A stretch of DNA of 64,000 nt, taken from NCBI GenBank assembly GCA_963836885.1, contig CAWILF010000027.1, positions 4,277 through 68,276 of the forward strand. The letters are read 5' to 3'. The stretch is from an uncultured Flavobacteriaceae bacterium (lineage in GTDB: Bacteria; Bacteroidota; Bacteroidia; Flavobacteriales; Flavobacteriaceae). Within the stretch, counting starts at the first letter, position 1; the number at the start of each line of letters is the position of its first letter. The notes under the pieces were generated by a model. The model saw nothing but the letters and a program-made list of their open reading frames with translations. It had not been told where the DNA came from and searched no databases. Positions 61,088-64,000 of the stretch are shown in pieces. The position numbers and the translations under genes were made by a program.

Positions 61088-61492
61088 ATGAATAAAGATC
61101 ACGATATCATCCTGTTTGACGGAGTCTGCAATCTTTGCAATGGCGCGATCAATTTTATCATCGAGCGAGATCCCAACGATCGCTATCGATTTGCCGCTCT
61201 AGAAAGTGATATCGCACAAGAATTACTTGCTAGACATGAGATAAATACTGATGAGATCGATTCCATCGTATTGGTTCGTGATGGTGAAGCTTTCGCGAAA
61301 GCGGGAGCAGCACTAAGAATTGCCAAAGGAATGTCCGGCGCGTGGCCACTACTCTACGGTCTTATCATCATTCCCAAATTTATCGCAGACGCCGTTTATG
61401 ATTTCATTGCCAGAAATCGGTATAAGTGGTTTGGGAAAAAGGAAAGCTGCATGATCCCTACTCCTGAGTTGAAAGCGAAGTTTTTGAAGTAG
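61088..61492 (+). CDS. DCC family thiol-disulfide oxidoreductase (YuxK-like)
   Basis: FDGVCNLC and ARNRYKWFG motifs. Confidence 0.93.
   Translation: MNKDHDIILFDGVCNLCNGAINFIIERDPNDRYRFAALESDIAQELLARHEINTDEIDSIVLVRDGEAFAKAGAALRIAKGMSGAWPLLYGLIIIPKFIADAVYDFIARNRYKWFGKKESCMIPTPELKAKFLK
61289..61302. repeat. Palindrome copy inside the DCC gene (EAFAKAG)
   Basis: Perfect 14-mer, in frame. Confidence 0.95.
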
Positions 61493-61602
61493 TCTTTGTT
61501 CACAATTATTGAGTCTAACTCAATTTTATAATCAAACCGCCAAAAATTAACCTTTAAAATAAGCTGTATAATTAGTTGTGGTGCATTTGAAAAAAACTCA
61601 TA

Positions 61603-62013
61603 GTGAACTATAAAATCCTGCTTTGTATTTTTAGATATAGATTGAATTCGGGCGGAATATTTATGCTCTTTATAAGTTCAATAATTATACGGAACGGATA
61701 CGTAGATAAAGAGATTACGAAAAGGAATGAGAAAGTCGTTGTTAGAGTAATTGACTGTTACGAAGCTGGAAAGAAAAATTACTTTTTGAAATTTGTATTT
61801 GAGAATAAAATAGTTGTAAAAAGAAACAAAGCTAAATATTGCAAAAATTTAAAAAACAAGAATCAAACTGAATTGTTGACTAATTAAAATCACGATCGAT
61901 TCATTTTTATTGATGAATACGAAACTGATAAAGATTTCCTGTTTGGATTTATTCTAACCGGAATAGCCTCAATAATTATTTTCAAAGGCTATAAAAGTCT
62001 AAAAAATAGCTAG
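61603..62013 (+). pseudogene. Decayed hypothetical membrane protein (cassette 1) with an internal TAA at 61885-61887
   Basis: Frame continues after the stop (NHDRFIFIDEY...FLFGFILTGIASIIIF) to TAG at 62011-62013. Confidence 0.65.
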
Positions 62014-62213
62014 CGATATAAATTCGAAGGGACGTATACATCTAATAACTAATTAGGTACCAATCTCAAAAATGTAAGTTTTAGTTTTTGTCTGCTAATT
62101 TTTTTAATTTGGCTTACTGAAAAGAAAAGGCAATAAGATAACTTTGAGGAAAAGGCTTGTGCTTAACTGAAAAGTTTTCGCTAATTTACACACTACGAGC
62201 GATGTTCAAGACC

Positions 62214-62555
62214 GCTATCAGGCTTCACTTTAAGATCATTTAAATTAAAAAAGTCTGAACGTCGTTTGAGCTTTTTGCTTGCGCTTCTATTCCCTAGTTG
62301 TTTTAATCCGCAGGCTTTTAAGCGGCCCGTGCGAAATCATTACTCGGACGTTTTTTAAGGCCGCTAACTATAAACCATTTGCGGGTTTGGGATTGGACTT
62401 GGACTTGGCAATGAGAAAGGTTTTGAGACTTAGGATCTTCGTGCTCTGCGCCAATTCGGTGACTCAGGATTACCAAAAGTGTGTTTTCTCGCATGCGCCT
62501 ACTCTCGTCTTGGTTTTTCAAGGAATCGCATAAAGTACAAGTGACGCAGAATAAC
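62214..62555. repeat. Gene-less structured unit, copy 1
   Basis: 62301-62362 matches 63939-64000 at 59 of 62 positions; weaker similarity extends back to 62214/63853. Confidence 0.85.
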
Positions 62556-62689
62556 GATGGATATAAAATTAGCCGTCAATGTCTTTAAATTTGTAATTTA
62601 GTTGTAATTTAGTTGTAATTTTAAAGATGGTTTTTGATTGAGGTCTTGCAGATTTTATCGATTATTTTTTATATCCGGAATCGTTGTGA
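62549..62689 (+). other. attC-like recombination site
   Basis: AACGAT-GGATATAAAA ... TTTTATATCC-gga-ATCGTT hairpin with AAC/GTT ends and asymmetric spacer. Confidence 0.65.
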
Positions 62690-62752
62690 GAAATAATTGA
62701 AAAAATCGCGGATTTAAAAAAAAACAAGATTCACAAACAATAAAATAATATT

Positions 62753-63676
62753 ATGTCAAAAATTCTATATTTTTTTATTTTTATCAGTAATTTGAGTATT
62801 GCTCAAAATACTTATTCTCATTACATTAATGAAACTTCAGTATGGAGGTATGAGGCACATAAATATTTAACCGGCGGTTCTACAGGTGGTGGAATAAATA
62901 GTGTTGCATATGTGACAGAATATATTGATGGAACAATTAATTTTAATGGATATACCTATTACAAAAAATATCAAGTATTTATAAGGTTTGGTACATTATC
63001 ACCCACTTATGGTCCAACATATATTAGAGAAGATAGTAATGGTAAGTTCTACTCGCTTGATATTTCAAACGGTGCAGAGACAGAATATTTTGACAATAAT
63101 TCTATACAAAGTATTCAAAATGGTACTCCTATCAATAACAGTGGTAATATTGATCCTCCAACATCGTGTACAGCCACTATCAGTTATATTACCGTAGATG
63201 GTTTAAATCTTAAAAGAGTAGAAGGAATTGGTTATAAAATTGAAGGAATTGGTGGCATATACAAAGATGGAATGTGTACCGGGATCACCTACTCTTGCTT
63301 CCATTGTCCCGCTGATTTACATCCAAATGATTATGAACTCTTATATTCATATACTAAAAACGGTAGTACTTATATTGAAAGTTCTACAGGAGGTGATATT
63401 TCGAATTACCCTATACCTTCCTATCTAAATTTACCTGAATATAATGCTGTTAGCATAAAAATATTTCCTAACCCTACTCATGACAAAATAAATATTCAAT
63501 CAAATTCTAAAATTGAAGTTTTAGAAGTTTTTGATGTACAAGGAAGAAAACTTGAGAATATCATTTTAAATGATTTTGAAACAAAATTTGATTTTTCAAA
63601 TTATCAAAATGGGACATATTTTTTTAAATTTAATACTGAATTAGGAATGATAACCAAAAAGATAATTAAAAAATAA
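62753..63676 (+). CDS. T9SS type A sorting-domain protein (cassette cargo)
   Basis: Signal peptide then Q; C-terminal IFPNPT...VFDVQGRK...GTYF...KKIIKK; markedly AT-rich. Confidence 0.9.
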   Translation: MSKILYFFIFISNLSIAQNTYSHYINETSVWRYEAHKYLTGGSTGGGINSVAYVTEYIDGTINFNGYTYYKKYQVFIRFGTLSPTYGPTYIREDSNGKFYSLDISNGAETEYFDNNSIQSIQNGTPINNSGNIDPPTSCTATISYITVDGLNLKRVEGIGYKIEGIGGIYKDGMCTGITYSCFHCPADLHPNDYELLYSYTKNGSTYIESSTGGDISNYPIPSYLNLPEYNAVSIKIFPNPTHDKINIQSNSKIEVLEVFDVQGRKLENIILNDFETKFDFSNYQNGTYFFKFNTELGMITKKIIKK

Positions 63677-63717
63677 ATTGAAACTAATTCTCTGCAAAAT
63701 CATTTAACCGTTATCAC

Positions 63718-63859
63718 TTCTCACAACAGCGGTTTCAAGAAATGGCGAGGCACGGGATTTATCAGAAATTGGAAAGTTTTTTAATTTAAAGTTTTGTTCT
63801 TATTTATGAAGGCTTGGTCTTGGATTATCGCCACTTCATGAAGCTGCGGCACGGTATTC
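63718..63859 (+). other. attC-like recombination site (right-hand GTT degenerate to GGT)
   Basis: TTCTCACAAC, then arms GCGGTTTCAAGAAATGGCGA / TCGCCACTTCATGAAGCTGC (16 of 20 Watson-Crick). Confidence 0.7.
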
Positions 63860-64000
63860 AGCATCAGTTTAATATCCATTAAGTTGAAGGAGTCTGATCG
63901 TTTGGGCTCATTGGTCTGCGTTTTTATTTCTTAGTTGGTTTTAATCCGCAGGGTTTTAAGCGGCTCGTGCGAAATCATTACTCGGACGTTTTTTAAAGCC
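63853..64000. repeat. Gene-less structured unit, copy 2 (truncated by the window)
   Basis: Direct repeat of the unit starting at 62214. Confidence 0.85.

Larger units (their letters stand above)
61575..64000 (+). mobile_element. Array of attC-like sites and cassettes (CALIN-like), continuing past the window edge
   Basis: GTT-type boxes before the genes, complementary AAC boxes after them, long imperfect hairpins, AT-rich cargo; no integrase in the window. Confidence 0.6.

Noticed and set aside
1269..61302. Palindrome copies as a CRISPR array or as intrinsic terminators
   Set aside because: Copies are dispersed kilobases apart with no regular spacers and no cas genes; they lack U-tracts and half lie inside CDSs.
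62279..62533. ORFs 62279-62533 (+) and 62318-62521 (-) inside the repeated unit
   Set aside because: No protein-like features; the copies differ by indels upstream and by a compensatory stem change, which favours nucleic-acid structure over coding.

Overview
AT-rich core-genome segment of a marine Flavobacteriaceae bacterium (Nonlabens-like, inferred from gene content, T9SS sorting domains and TAnnTTTG promoters). It carries about 55 genes, including a DEAD-box helicase, T9SS substrates, nrnA-gldI-PPIase, menD/menF/menI, rdgB, tRNA-Arg(UCU), folE, msrA, a hicBA toxin-antitoxin pair, nth, an ECF sigma factor, uvrA, corA, probable sulfonolipid genes, ptrB and mutS2. Two structures are not explained by the gene list. 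(1) A 14-bp perfect palindrome, GCTTTCGCGAAAGC, occurs 15 times by my manual count, plus one 1-mismatch copy and two copies interrupted at the same position by a second hairpin. Eight perfect copies lie inside protein-coding genes, using all three reading frames, including a conserved catalytic-domain motif and two signal-peptide c-regions. (2) From about 61.5 kb an array of attC-like hairpin sites, with no integrase in the window, bounds AT-rich gene cassettes. These alternate with a repeated gene-less unit whose two copies differ by a compensatory base-pair change. A candidate sigma54-driven small RNA and several localised frameshifts are also noted. All calls were made by eye, without database searches.
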